A stretch of DNA of 64,000 nucleotides, taken from an uncultured Nitrospiraceae bacterium (lineage in GTDB: Bacteria > Nitrospirota > Thermodesulfovibrionia > Thermodesulfovibrionales > SM23-35). Of the stretch, positions 1-10,265 are shown one piece after another. Every line of letters begins with the position of its first letter. The first letter of the stretch is position 1. Where the stretch lies: assembly GCA_963727775.1 (NCBI GenBank), contig CAVSHB010000002.1:1-64000 (forward strand). The letters run 5' to 3'. Made by a program: the position numbers and the translations under genes. The notes beneath the pieces were generated by a model. The model had not been told where the DNA came from. It saw only the letters and a program-made list of their open reading frames with translations, and did not search any database.

Positions 1-790
1 TACCCAAATCGTTGCCAGTGGCCCTTCTGTCAAAATTGCCCGCTTCGCCCTTTCAAGGTGAGCAACTACACACCATGGTGACTGTCACTACCTGGAGCGA
101 GCAACCTTTAGTGGTGTAAGAATTTACTGATATGTGACATACGAAGTTGACGATCACTATGGGCAAGGGACTTGTCTACGGGTCTAGTGCTGGTTAAAGT
201 TATTGGCCTCCTTATGTGTACAGATGGCTTCGATGGACATAAGTGGGGTGGGCGTGTCATGCCCACAAAAGAGTGGAATGCTAAGGGAATGCATTCTCAG
301 CAAACATTATGCTATGATGGAGCGAATCTCTTATGAGGTTGGGAAAAGGCTTTCAAAAGAAGGAATGAAATTCTTAAGGATAGAGAAATTAGCTGTGTAG
401 TGTTGAAGCCAACTAGATTTTCAAATACTCCTGTGCTAAAGTCACATGTCAGTTTGCGAGAATATCGTTGTATATTAATGAAAAGCCTGTTAAGAACAAT
501 GTATCATATGCATCATACCCAGTAATTTAAACGCATTCAGAGAAATATTAAAGACATCAAGAACATCTCGAGTATTCGTCATTTCCACCTTCAGTGATCT
601 AAAGGGAAAGTGTAACGCACTTCAGGAAAGGGGATCCCCAAAGCTGCGGTAATTGTGTGAGCAGCATGGATGCCGATTCCAAGCTGTAGATCTGCGTTGG
701 GGGGTGGGCCGGGACACAGCCCTTCACCAGCGAACCAATCGGATGTGCAGAGGAAGTTGAACGTTGCCAAAGGCTTTCTCCCCAACAAAT

Positions 791-1108
791 ATGAACCTAA
801 TAGACCATTTAAAAACAACAGGTGGTGCAGGAGAAAATATACACCCAATTACGGATCAATTCTGCAAATATTTTGGTAGAGACCATAGGGTAATCCTGCA
901 CCATAAAATGGGGATAAAAGCAGTGGGTAAAATATTTGGGACAGCGGCTATGCCAATTGCTGAGAACCATATACTTGACGACTGGCAAGGGGGTATGCCC
1001 AACGGACCGCATGACAAGAATTTTTACAGGTTAGCGTGGGCGTATGATTTACATATGTTTATGGATGCCGTAAAATTTGCCGATGAATTTCTAAAGATTT
1101 GGGGATAA
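791..1108 (+). CDS. Small hypothetical protein, DUF6915-like
   Basis: ATG at 791 within ORF 764..1108. Pattern HRVILHH.MGI....IFG...IAENHILDD resembles the DUF6915 HR..RHH..GI...E.IFG...E.HV.ED motif (recognised by eye). Confidence 0.5.
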   Translation: MNLIDHLKTTGGAGENIHPITDQFCKYFGRDHRVILHHKMGIKAVGKIFGTAAMPIAENHILDDWQGGMPNGPHDKNFYRLAWAYDLHMFMDAVKFADEFLKIWG

Positions 1109-1430
1109 GAATATATCTAAACGAAAATATGAATAGAAAAACGTAAGAAGAATGTTCAAGTCTAAAAAGAAAGACAGATATACGGCTTTGGGCCACATCC
1201 TACAAGGAATATTTGTTAGACAAGGTTGACATAGAAACTGAACATACCTATTCATACAATTCGTCTCGTTAAAATTCAAATTCCTCAAACATTAAGACCT
1301 CCAATCAAATGAATGAATTGTGAGTGCATCCTCATTATGCAGTGCATTTCCTATAGGCATTGGCCACTATAAACCAAAAACTTTCCATTAATCAAACAAG
1401 ACTGCAGTCAAAAAGTTATATAATCATACA

Positions 1431-2258
1431 GTGAAAATACTCTTTGTCACCGACTTGCATGGATCTCAGTGGAAATATGACCGACTGTTTGATGTTGCAA
1501 CGGGGTTAGGGGTGCAGATCGTTGTCAATGCCGGCGATATGCTTCCCAAGGAAGGGGCTCTGTTACAACAAGATGATTTTATCACTTCATTTCTTGACCT
1601 ATTCTTTGAGAAGTTTAATAATGCCGGAATCTACTACCTCTGCTATCTTGGAAACGATGATCTTATGATCTTCGACCAGTTATTCGAAAAGGTTTGTGAG
1701 AAATACCGTTTTGTTGTCTCTCTTGCCCAGCAAAAATGTGACATCAGCGGTTACGAGTTTATAGGTATGAACTGGGTTGTCGATTATCCTTTTCGGCTTA
1801 AGGACAGATGCCGGGTGGATACCGACGACTACGTATTCCAAAAACAACTGGGGACAGGCCTGCTGTCAACTCGAGAGGGATTTCAGGAGATTAAAGACTG
1901 GCCTGCCTACGCTAGATCACTGCCTACTCTCCATGATGAGTTGATCAATCCGGTGCGCCCCCAAAATATGTATAAAGCTATATATGTGATTCACATGCCA
2001 CCCGCCAAACTGGGGCTGGATAAATGTTATAGCGGGGTAGAAGCTGGATCGACAGCCGTTTATGACTTTATCAGAAAGAATCAGCCTCTTATGGCTTTAC
2101 ATGGACATATTCACGAGTCCCCTCAAATGACTAACAAATGGTTCGCAGAACTTGGTAGAACAATCTGCATACAACCAGGTCAGCTTGATGATTTTACGTA
2201 CGTGACGATTGATCTGCATACCATGCATTTTGAAAGACACAGTGAACGACACCGATAA
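1431..2258 (+). CDS. Calcineurin-like metallophosphoesterase (Icc-related)
   Basis: Motifs DLHG, AGD, GNDD, HMPP and HGHIHE occur in canonical order; GTG start. Confidence 0.85.
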   Translation: MKILFVTDLHGSQWKYDRLFDVATGLGVQIVVNAGDMLPKEGALLQQDDFITSFLDLFFEKFNNAGIYYLCYLGNDDLMIFDQLFEKVCEKYRFVVSLAQQKCDISGYEFIGMNWVVDYPFRLKDRCRVDTDDYVFQKQLGTGLLSTREGFQEIKDWPAYARSLPTLHDELINPVRPQNMYKAIYVIHMPPAKLGLDKCYSGVEAGSTAVYDFIRKNQPLMALHGHIHESPQMTNKWFAELGRTICIQPGQLDDFTYVTIDLHTMHFERHSERHR

Positions 2259-2524
2259 AAAAGGCATTATTCTTTTTAGAACATTGATAATCCCTATGCA
2301 TTCTAAAGCTCCTCAAATCCTTAGAAGCGTTTTTAAGGTGCGTCCGCAATTCTCCAATTCATATATTACCGGGTGAAAGACGTCGTTGCCGTTAATGGGT
2401 CTTTCCAACGGTCTCAATTTCCTCCCTTGAAATGTGGAGCTGCACATTTCACTCGGAATATTCTCCATTTGTCTTATTTTGTTTCATTTTCTTAATGATA
2501 TTTCTGAACGGTGGCATCTGCTGT

Positions 2525-3766
2525 TTACGATTTCTTTTGCGGGCCGTCCAGACCAAGCTCTCCGCTGAGCACCTTAGCGACGAACCGATCACCCGAGGTC
2601 TGCGATGCAGCCAGTTTGCGTATGCGCTCGAATGTCTCACGCCCGTTACCGGCGTTTGCGGCAGCTTCCATGGTATAAAGGTAGGCATCTCTGATATCCG
2701 CAGAAGTAATTTCATAGCCATACCCCTCACACAACCATCTAAGCGCAGCTACCCCGGCTTCGACAGCAAAGTCCGGATGCGTAGCGGCCGCCTTCCTTGC
2801 GGCCCGTGTCAGCGTCCTGGGGTCACAGGGCGTCTTGTTGGCCAGTCCGATTGACTCGGCATACAGACCAGCGGATTTCGCAGAAGCAAACCACTTACCT
2901 TCTTCTCCGGGTGTGCTTTCAACGAGATCGTGCAGGATCTCACTGGCAGTCTTATGAGGATATTTCTTTGTAATGGCCCGAAAGGTCGCCAGATGCGATG
3001 TGCCTCGATTAGCGTCAAGTGAATACCGGGCATATGCTTCATCGTACATGCCACTCGAAAGAAGAATTGCCTCACAGGCCAGTGCAATTGCGCTCGAGGG
3101 CTCGTTGATTCCGTGGGAATCCTCTGCGTAACGGATCGCCTCTGCATTTCTGCCCATAGCGCTCAGAGCCTTCACACCCCACTTCCTGTAATACCAGTTC
3201 TTGTGCGGCAAAAGTTCGAGAAGGGAGAGGGTTTCCTCATTTCGCCCGGCCTTGACGAGGGCGCTCAGACAGGCGGTCGTACCTTTGAAATAACCATGAT
3301 GCCCAGAAGAAGGATTCCATGCCATCCGGACCACTTTTATAAATGAATCCGCCCATTGTGACGCGCGGTCAGCGGTTGCACAGAGTTCTCCCCAATATTC
3401 GGGCAACAGCTCGATATATGGGATATCGTCTGCCTCGACCGCCTGCCAGAGGCGCTCCAGCCACCTGTCTCGCACAGAACTATCTGCCGGAGCACCGGCT
3501 ATAATGGGCGCAAGTATCTCAATGGCATTGTTCACAGCCGATCCTATCGCACCCGATGAACTATCGACGTGGGCCAATGCAGGGGATAACCTTTCCAGAA
3601 ACAACACAGCGCCTTCAGCAGCCAGGACCGACTCTTTACGTACTGTTTTCTTTATCTCTGCCACAGCCTCTTTTACGCGTGCCAGGGCCGGCTGCGAGCG
3701 CCATCCGAAGGCATTCCGACGAAACCGCGCTACAAAATTCCATTTGTGAGTAGTTGATGAAGCCAT
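2525..3766 (-). CDS. Conserved all-alpha hypothetical protein (TPR-like)
   Basis: Long ORF (426 aa track; likely start MASSTTHKWNF at 3766). Ala-rich helical composition; the KW.F..RFRR.AFGWRSQPA N-terminus is typical of a widespread uncharacterised family. Confidence 0.65.
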   Translation of the reverse strand: MASSTTHKWNFVARFRRNAFGWRSQPALARVKEAVAEIKKTVRKESVLAAEGAVLFLERLSPALAHVDSSSGAIGSAVNNAIEILAPIIAGAPADSSVRDRWLERLWQAVEADDIPYIELLPEYWGELCATADRASQWADSFIKVVRMAWNPSSGHHGYFKGTTACLSALVKAGRNEETLSLLELLPHKNWYYRKWGVKALSAMGRNAEAIRYAEDSHGINEPSSAIALACEAILLSSGMYDEAYARYSLDANRGTSHLATFRAITKKYPHKTASEILHDLVESTPGEEGKWFASAKSAGLYAESIGLANKTPCDPRTLTRAARKAAATHPDFAVEAGVAALRWLCEGYGYEITSADIRDAYLYTMEAAANAGNGRETFERIRKLAASQTSGDRFVAKVLSGELGLDGPQKKS

Positions 3767-4280
3767 TTTATTTCCATCTTTCGTATTTAAGTTGAAATGA
3801 AACACACATTCGATATATTGCCTTGTTTTATAAGGCTAATTGTGAGCAAGCTTTTGCAATACCGTATCAATAGAAGCTTTGCAGGCTTTTTTGCCCAGTA
3901 TTTATCCATCTTAAAGGAGTCTTGGGATGTTAGTCGTTCCCAAATCCTTAGTCCACGCGGTTTTACTAATTTCAGTGCTCATAACCATTCGAAATTAAAT
4001 ATTAATAATGACCTTAATAGATTCTTTTCAACTTTATTGCGAATGAATCTTTTATTTCTATTCTAACCAATTGACACCGTTGATGTCACACGGCATTCAT
4101 CCCCTCAAGCGAGCTGTAAAAGGGGACAGGCTGGTTTTTCAAAGTTCCCGCACGATTGCTTCAAGAATGCCCTTGCCGGGCTGCCATAAGTCCCTTCCTA
4201 AATCAAAGGATCATGGATGCACTAATTGCATTGGGCATGTATTTAGCGATACGAGGGTTTCTTAATGTAAAATAGATGCC

Positions 4281-6257
4281 ATGGAATTTCCTGTTCCCAG
4301 AACATATCGGGATTTATTGTGTACATTGGATAAGGACGCCCTTTTATCCTTTATGAGGGGCTTTTTCAAGGGCGATCTTGCTACTGCCGACCTTTTTACA
4401 AACCGGATAAACGAAGATAACCTGATGAACAGCTTCTTAGACAAATTTTCCTCTGCCTCATATATCAAAGGCATTCCGGATCAGATATCAAAGGATGAAT
4501 TAAAGGCGTTAAGGGAGATTATCAGGAAAGGCGGTTTCCTGCGGCCTGGCGATAAACACTTCCCTGAAAAGAGCACAGTCGATGGCCTTGTAGAAAAAAA
4601 GCTTGCCTTCAGGAGCGATGGCGCTGACGGTCGCGGGGTTGCCGTGCCGCTCGAAATCTGCCTCGGGTTGCCATTTGATAAAAATGAGGAATACCGTTCA
4701 CTCATGAGGGCGATGAACCGATATTCCTCTGACATAATCAAGCTCATGGCGCCTCATCTGGGGATTCCCCAATACAACAAGCTGCATAAGATCAGGCTTG
4801 CCGCAGTCGTTTATAAAAGGATTATCGAAAACTACTCCCAGTATATCGGGTCGCTCACCGATCTGCAGAAAAAGATCATCAGGCATATATTCAGGCGCGG
4901 CGGCTTTGTTTCGAATGGAAACCTCGATGTATGGGCCAAGGCCAACGGTATGAAAGAATCCGGAGGCCAGAGGAGTTGGTACGGAGGGGATTACTTTCTT
5001 GATTATATGAGCACAGCGTACAGAAGAAAAAAAGAAGATTTGTCCGACCTTGAAAAGGCGTTGTTGCACCCTGTCTTGTCCGGGGTAGTCTGCGTCTCAT
5101 ACAGAGAGACTTATGATAGCATATGGCATTATTTCATCCCTGAAGAGGTATTCCCATTGCTGGCCGGGGACTTTTTCAGGGAGATGGATGAAAAGAGGGA
5201 AGTCGCAAGAAAAACAATGCGCGCTGCGGCCCCCGATGTTTTTGTCTCCTATTCCGGCAGAGTAGCAGAGGACCTTATCAAGGTCCAGATAGCTGCTGCA
5301 TGCGGTCTGGTCGGATTTGTGAAGAACAAGCCCGAATTTAAGAAACGTTCGATATCCGACATTGCCGGGCTGTTGAATTCTGCTGAATGTTACGTGGAAA
5401 ATCTGTTTAGGTTGTTAGGTTTTCACCCCAGCGGGATGAATATCATAAACTACAGTAGTTTTGATCTGCTCAAGTCATATCTATTCAAGTACGAATATGT
5501 CGTTTCTCTCCTTCCCATTTTGCAGCCTTTTCAGGGATGGGTGCATATGGATGGCCTCATTAAATATCTTCTCAATCATAGAGACCTCTACCGCTTTTCA
5601 GCATCACTTTCTGAAAACGTTATCGAGTCCGCGCTGAAAGACCTCGGCATGCTCGGCCTTTTGGATATTTCCCCTGACGGCAAGAGAGCGCAGGTCGCGC
5701 CCTTGTTGTCAAAGATGTTCGACTCTCCTCACTTCAAATCCATAGGGGTAATTAAAGGAGACTCCCGGCCGCTTATAGTGCAGCCGAACCTTGAGCTGCT
5801 GATACCTATGAATACGGAAATAAAGGCGCTCAAGAAGCTCTCCGAATTCTCCGACCTGATCGTGCTTGACAAGATGCTCCACTTTGCCTTGTCGAAAAAA
5901 AGTCTTATGCGAGGACTGGATCTGGGATGGGATATAAAAAAGGTTATCACCTTCCTTTCGTCGATTTCCTCAAAGGATGTCCCCAAGACCGTTGAAAATT
6001 TTGTCGAGACGTGCTTAAACAAACGGGGCGAGGCGGTTGTGATGCCATCTTCGACCCTCATACATTGCAAGGGGCTCGGGCTGAAGTCAAAGATATTATC
6101 TATGCGGGGATTGAAGGCGGAAGGACTGGAGGGAGCTGATGACTATCTCTATATTTCCGCCCAGTCTCCTGGCGAAGTGCTCAGGATATTGAAAAAGCAC
6201 GGGATCTTTGCCGAGCTGGCAGAAGAAGGAAAACAGGCAGACAGGAGTCGTAAATGA
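4281..6257 (+). CDS. Helicase-associated domain protein (C-terminal XPB/Ssl2 N-terminal-like Helicase_C_3 domain; p52/Tfb2-like)
   Basis: 658 aa ORF. C-terminal LIVQPNLELLIP...LSKKSLMRGLDLGWDIKKVITFLSSISSKDVPKTVENFV parallels the N-terminus of the downstream XPB; no Walker motifs. Confidence 0.75.
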   Translation: MEFPVPRTYRDLLCTLDKDALLSFMRGFFKGDLATADLFTNRINEDNLMNSFLDKFSSASYIKGIPDQISKDELKALREIIRKGGFLRPGDKHFPEKSTVDGLVEKKLAFRSDGADGRGVAVPLEICLGLPFDKNEEYRSLMRAMNRYSSDIIKLMAPHLGIPQYNKLHKIRLAAVVYKRIIENYSQYIGSLTDLQKKIIRHIFRRGGFVSNGNLDVWAKANGMKESGGQRSWYGGDYFLDYMSTAYRRKKEDLSDLEKALLHPVLSGVVCVSYRETYDSIWHYFIPEEVFPLLAGDFFREMDEKREVARKTMRAAAPDVFVSYSGRVAEDLIKVQIAAACGLVGFVKNKPEFKKRSISDIAGLLNSAECYVENLFRLLGFHPSGMNIINYSSFDLLKSYLFKYEYVVSLLPILQPFQGWVHMDGLIKYLLNHRDLYRFSASLSENVIESALKDLGMLGLLDISPDGKRAQVAPLLSKMFDSPHFKSIGVIKGDSRPLIVQPNLELLIPMNTEIKALKKLSEFSDLIVLDKMLHFALSKKSLMRGLDLGWDIKKVITFLSSISSKDVPKTVENFVETCLNKRGEAVVMPSSTLIHCKGLGLKSKILSMRGLKAEGLEGADDYLYISAQSPGEVLRILKKHGIFAELAEEGKQADRSRK

Positions 6258-8098
6258 AATATAATGATAAGCCTTCGTTTTTGGCAGACGCGGTAGAAGC
6301 ATATTCCGCTGACGAGGTAAGGAAGTTTTCGAAACTAGCAGTAGATATTATTTCCACGGAGAAGGGCCCCTTCTGGGTCAGCGGGCATATCGAGCAGGTA
6401 TCATCGCAGAGGAAATCGGACCTAGCGCCGATGCTCGTCAAGCTCATGAAACACGCTGAAGCATCAGCGGCACTATACAATCATCTTGCCGAACCGGAGA
6501 AGGCCGCGGTGCAGGAGGCGGTCTCGGACATTCATGGGGTACTCGACATCGCCGTATTCAGGGCAAAATACGGGAAGAGTCCTTATATGTCAAAAAAAGA
6601 GAAAGAATCGCGAAGCCTCCTGCCGTTATTTATTTACTACGGAGGCATCATTCCGCCGGATCTGAAGGAAGTCTTAAAACATTTTGTGCCGAAGCCTCCC
6701 ATGGCAGAACCGTCTTTTGAGGAGAATCCGCAGGATAAAATAGTTGTTGGAGATGAGGAAACACCTCTTGTCAGGCATCTTACAGAGCCTGCTGCGCTCC
6801 ATGATCTTTCCGTACTGCTTCACCTTGCCGGAAACAGCCGGTTGAGCGCAAGCAGCGCAACGGGATATATCACAGGAGCAGGCGCCTCCACAGTCCGTGA
6901 AGTCCTGCTGCATGGAGATTATTATCCCGAAGGTACTGAGGCGGAGGATAAATATGATGTGCAGATTGGGGAGCAGGGAATCCGTCCCTTTGCATGGTGT
7001 ATGATCCTGCAGGCGGGCAAGCTCGCAAAGGTAGAGGGCGGCAAACTGCGGCTCACAAAAAAGGGACATGAGGCCCTCAACAAGGCGCCTCATACGGTAT
7101 TAAAGGAATTATGGGAAAGCTGGCGTAGCAATAAACTCCTGCACGAGATGAACAGGATAGATATCATAAAAGGTCAAAAATCCAAGGGAAATCCTCTGTA
7201 TGCGGCTGAAGAGTGCAGAGAAGCGCTTGAGATTGCATTGTCTTATCTTACGATAGGCCAATGGATAGAGACAGATGAATTTTTCCGTTACTTGATAGCC
7301 CGGGGGCTCAGGTTCACTGTTGCCCGCGACCCGTGGAAACTTTATATTTCCGATAGAGAGCATGGTAGCCTCGGTTACAACCATATTACCTGGAACCACA
7401 TCGAAGGACGTTTTGGCAGGGCATTTCTCCTTGAATACGGCGCGACAATGGGTATTATCGACGTTGCCTTAGTGCCCCCTTGGGGCGCGGCCGATGATAT
7501 CGGGAATCTCTGGGGAGCCGACGCATACTCCTGCCTGAGCAGATACGACGGGCTTATGTATCTGCGGTTGACTCCTCTGGGAACGTGGATACTTGGCAAA
7601 GCCGATACTTATTCGCCCGCTGTGTCTGAGAGTATTCACATCTTCACCATCCTCCCAAACCTCGAAATTGCGATGACATCTCACATGGCGGCCCCGGATA
7701 GGCTGTTCCTTGACCGGATAGCCGAACGAAAATCGGAGAGGGTATGGGAACTCTCGCGAAGCAAGATCGTTCAGTCGCTGGAAGCTAATACGAAATTCGG
7801 GGTGATAAAGGATTTTCTTCTCAGCCGAAGCGGAGAAAGAGAAATCCCCCAGACTGTGGAGGTCTTCCTGAACGACATTAAAGAACGTTCGGAAAAATTG
7901 AGTGACCGTGGCATGGGAAGGATCATAGAATGCGCCGACGCGGATACCGCTATGCTTATGGCAAATGATCCTGATCTGAAGAAATTATGCCTGCCTGCCG
8001 GGGACCGTTCTCTGGTTGTCCCTTCAAAGAACGAATCGGCCTTCAGAACCGCGCTGAGGAAGAAAGGGTATGTTGTGATAACGGAGAAAACAAGATGA
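6254..8098 (+). CDS. Second helicase-associated domain protein (Helicase_C_3-like C-terminus)
   Basis: 614 aa, ATGA overlap with the upstream gene. C-terminal ILPNLEIA...LDRIAER...WELSRSKI...DFLLSRSGEREIPQTVEVFLND followed by IIECAD....L.........LVVP....AFR.ALRKKGY. Confidence 0.75.
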   Translation: MKYNDKPSFLADAVEAYSADEVRKFSKLAVDIISTEKGPFWVSGHIEQVSSQRKSDLAPMLVKLMKHAEASAALYNHLAEPEKAAVQEAVSDIHGVLDIAVFRAKYGKSPYMSKKEKESRSLLPLFIYYGGIIPPDLKEVLKHFVPKPPMAEPSFEENPQDKIVVGDEETPLVRHLTEPAALHDLSVLLHLAGNSRLSASSATGYITGAGASTVREVLLHGDYYPEGTEAEDKYDVQIGEQGIRPFAWCMILQAGKLAKVEGGKLRLTKKGHEALNKAPHTVLKELWESWRSNKLLHEMNRIDIIKGQKSKGNPLYAAEECREALEIALSYLTIGQWIETDEFFRYLIARGLRFTVARDPWKLYISDREHGSLGYNHITWNHIEGRFGRAFLLEYGATMGIIDVALVPPWGAADDIGNLWGADAYSCLSRYDGLMYLRLTPLGTWILGKADTYSPAVSESIHIFTILPNLEIAMTSHMAAPDRLFLDRIAERKSERVWELSRSKIVQSLEANTKFGVIKDFLLSRSGEREIPQTVEVFLNDIKERSEKLSDRGMGRIIECADADTAMLMANDPDLKKLCLPAGDRSLVVPSKNESAFRTALRKKGYVVITEKTR

Positions 8099-8553
8099 AA
8101 AGGAAATCTATGGAAGACAGCGATGATCAAGTGGAGATAATGCCGGAAGATTTTTATTCTGATGCCGGGGAGAAGATAAAATTCAATTGGTTTTGCTACG
8201 AGTTATCATTGGGATTGTACGATGCGCTTACAAGAAAAGTAGGGAAAAAGTTTGCAAAGTTTAATATTGGGGATAGGGCAATCACCGACTTTTCAATTTA
8301 TTTTGCCAAATCGATGAAAAGTATTATCCTCGAAAAGCTTTCCGGCAAAATTAAGACTGTTTATTTCTCCCATAAAACGATTGAATCATTTTTCCCGAAG
8401 ATCAGTGACAGAATGGTAAATGCCGTTCTGGATGTTATTGCAGAAGTTTGGGACGACCAACTCGGCACTTGTGAAGTCTGCCCTACTCGCTGCATCAGTG
8501 AAAAAGAGGTTTATTGTACGATGTTCGATGACGGTCCCTATGGGAAGGATTGA
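8095..8553 (+). CDS. Hypothetical protein with C-terminal Cx2Cx3Cx7C motif
   Basis: ATG at 8095 overlaps the upstream stop (ATGA); 152 aa; ends CEVCPTRCISEKEVYC; its stop overlaps the XPB TTG. Confidence 0.7.
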   Translation: MKRKSMEDSDDQVEIMPEDFYSDAGEKIKFNWFCYELSLGLYDALTRKVGKKFAKFNIGDRAITDFSIYFAKSMKSIILEKLSGKIKTVYFSHKTIESFFPKISDRMVNAVLDVIAEVWDDQLGTCEVCPTRCISEKEVYCTMFDDGPYGKD

Positions 8554-10265
8554 ATGCAAAGACAGCAATGAACTATAACCCTCGGAATCCCCTTATAATC
8601 CAGTCCGACATGACCATGCTGCTCGAAGTGGATTCGCCTCTTTATGAGGAGGTGAGAGACGCCATTGCCCCGTTTGCAGAGATCATAAAAAGCCCCGAGC
8701 ACGTCCACACGTATCGCATCAACCCTATATCCCTCTGGAATGCCGCTTCTTCAGGCGTCAACCCTGATGACGTCAGGGGAAGGCTCATCCGTTACAGCAG
8801 GTACGAGGTCCCTCATAACCTCCTTGTTGAAATCAGGGATATAATGGGCAGGTTCGGGAAGGTAAGGATCGAAGGGCATGATGAAGCCATGCTTAAGCTC
8901 GTCGCTGAAGACCCGCTCCTGATGGAACAGCTTTATCATACGGAGCATGTGAGAAATCTCCTTTTTGAAAGGATCGGCCCTGAGTCTGCCGTTTTTACTT
9001 CCGTCAATCGCGGCCTCATAAAACAGGCATTGATCAAGGCAGGCTATCCGGCGGTAGATATTGCCGGTTATTCTGAGGGTCTTCCCCTCGACATTTCCCT
9101 GAGAGAAAACGACTTATTCAAAATCAGACCATATCAAGTCATGGCGCGTGACGCATTTTACAAAGGCGGTTCTGCCCTTGGCGGCAACGGGGTAGTGGTC
9201 CTGCCGTGCGGGGCGGGAAAAACGGTCGTGGGCATAACTGTTATGGAGATGATCAAATCTCATTCACTGATACTCACCACCGGAATCACAGCGGTCAGAC
9301 AGTGGAAGAGGGAACTTGTCGATAAGACAGGCATAAGTCCTGAGGACATTGGTGAGTATAGCGGCGAGGTGAAAGAGATCCGCCCGGTGACTCTAACAAC
9401 ATACCAGATATTGACCCACAGGAAAAGCCGTGAGCATGATTTCACACATTTCCGTGCTGTAAATGATCATCCGTGGGGGTTATTGATCTATGACGAAGTA
9501 CACCTTCTGCCAGCCCAGGTTTTCCGGTTTACCGCTTCTTTGCAAGCGATAAGGAGGCTCGGCCTGACCGCAACCCTTGTAAGAGAGGACGGTAGAGAGG
9601 GCGATGTCTTCTCCCTGATCGGCCCGAAGTGCTATGATGTTCCCTGGAAAGTGATAGAGAAACAGGGATGGATCGCAGAGGCTGAATGTTTTGAAATAAG
9701 GGTAGGGATTACAGGAGACACAAGATTCCATTACGCATCCTCTGAAAAAAGACAGCGGTTTCGCATAGCGGCCGAGAATCCGGCGAAGACCCCGGTGATC
9801 CATAGGCTCATCTCAATGCATAAAGGCGACCGGGTATTGATAATAGGACAATATCTCGAACAGTTGCAGGGAATTGCGGAAAGTATTGGCGCACCGATAA
9901 TCACCGGGAAAACACCACAGGCCGAGCGTGAAGCCCTTTATCATCGGTTCAGGGAGGGCGACCTGTCCACGCTTGTGGTCTCCTCGGTCGCCAATTTCGC
10001 CATAGACCTGCCTGACGCGTCAGTCGCTGTCCAAGTATCGGGTAGATTCGGATCACGTCAGGAAGAGGCACAGAGACTCGGAAGGATATTGAGACCGAAA
10101 TCAGACGGAAGGGGAGCAAGGTTTTATACCCTTGTGTCGAGGGACACGGATGAACAGGAGTTCGCTCTGAAAAGACAGCTCTTCCTCACGGAACAAGGGT
10201 ACAGTTACACAATATTTTCCGAGGATGAAATCGGTTCTTATCTGAAGGCTGGCCTGGACGTGTAA
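8550..10265 (+). CDS. xpb: DNA helicase XPB/Ssl2/Rad25 family (SF2)
   Basis: N-terminal NPLIIQSD.T.LLEV...KSPEHVHTYRI, Walker A LPCGAGKT, DEVH, GLTATLVRED (RED motif), SRQEEAQRLGRILRPK. An alternative ATG lies at 8568. Confidence 0.95.
   Translation: MNAKTAMNYNPRNPLIIQSDMTMLLEVDSPLYEEVRDAIAPFAEIIKSPEHVHTYRINPISLWNAASSGVNPDDVRGRLIRYSRYEVPHNLLVEIRDIMGRFGKVRIEGHDEAMLKLVAEDPLLMEQLYHTEHVRNLLFERIGPESAVFTSVNRGLIKQALIKAGYPAVDIAGYSEGLPLDISLRENDLFKIRPYQVMARDAFYKGGSALGGNGVVVLPCGAGKTVVGITVMEMIKSHSLILTTGITAVRQWKRELVDKTGISPEDIGEYSGEVKEIRPVTLTTYQILTHRKSREHDFTHFRAVNDHPWGLLIYDEVHLLPAQVFRFTASLQAIRRLGLTATLVREDGREGDVFSLIGPKCYDVPWKVIEKQGWIAEAECFEIRVGITGDTRFHYASSEKRQRFRIAAENPAKTPVIHRLISMHKGDRVLIIGQYLEQLQGIAESIGAPIITGKTPQAEREALYHRFREGDLSTLVVSSVANFAIDLPDASVAVQVSGRFGSRQEEAQRLGRILRPKSDGRGARFYTLVSRDTDEQEFALKRQLFLTEQGYSYTIFSEDEIGSYLKAGLDV

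Noticed and set aside
203..879. Short ORFs 203..400, 591..848 and 670..879
   Set aside because: No motifs, no SD, mutually overlapping; probably spurious.
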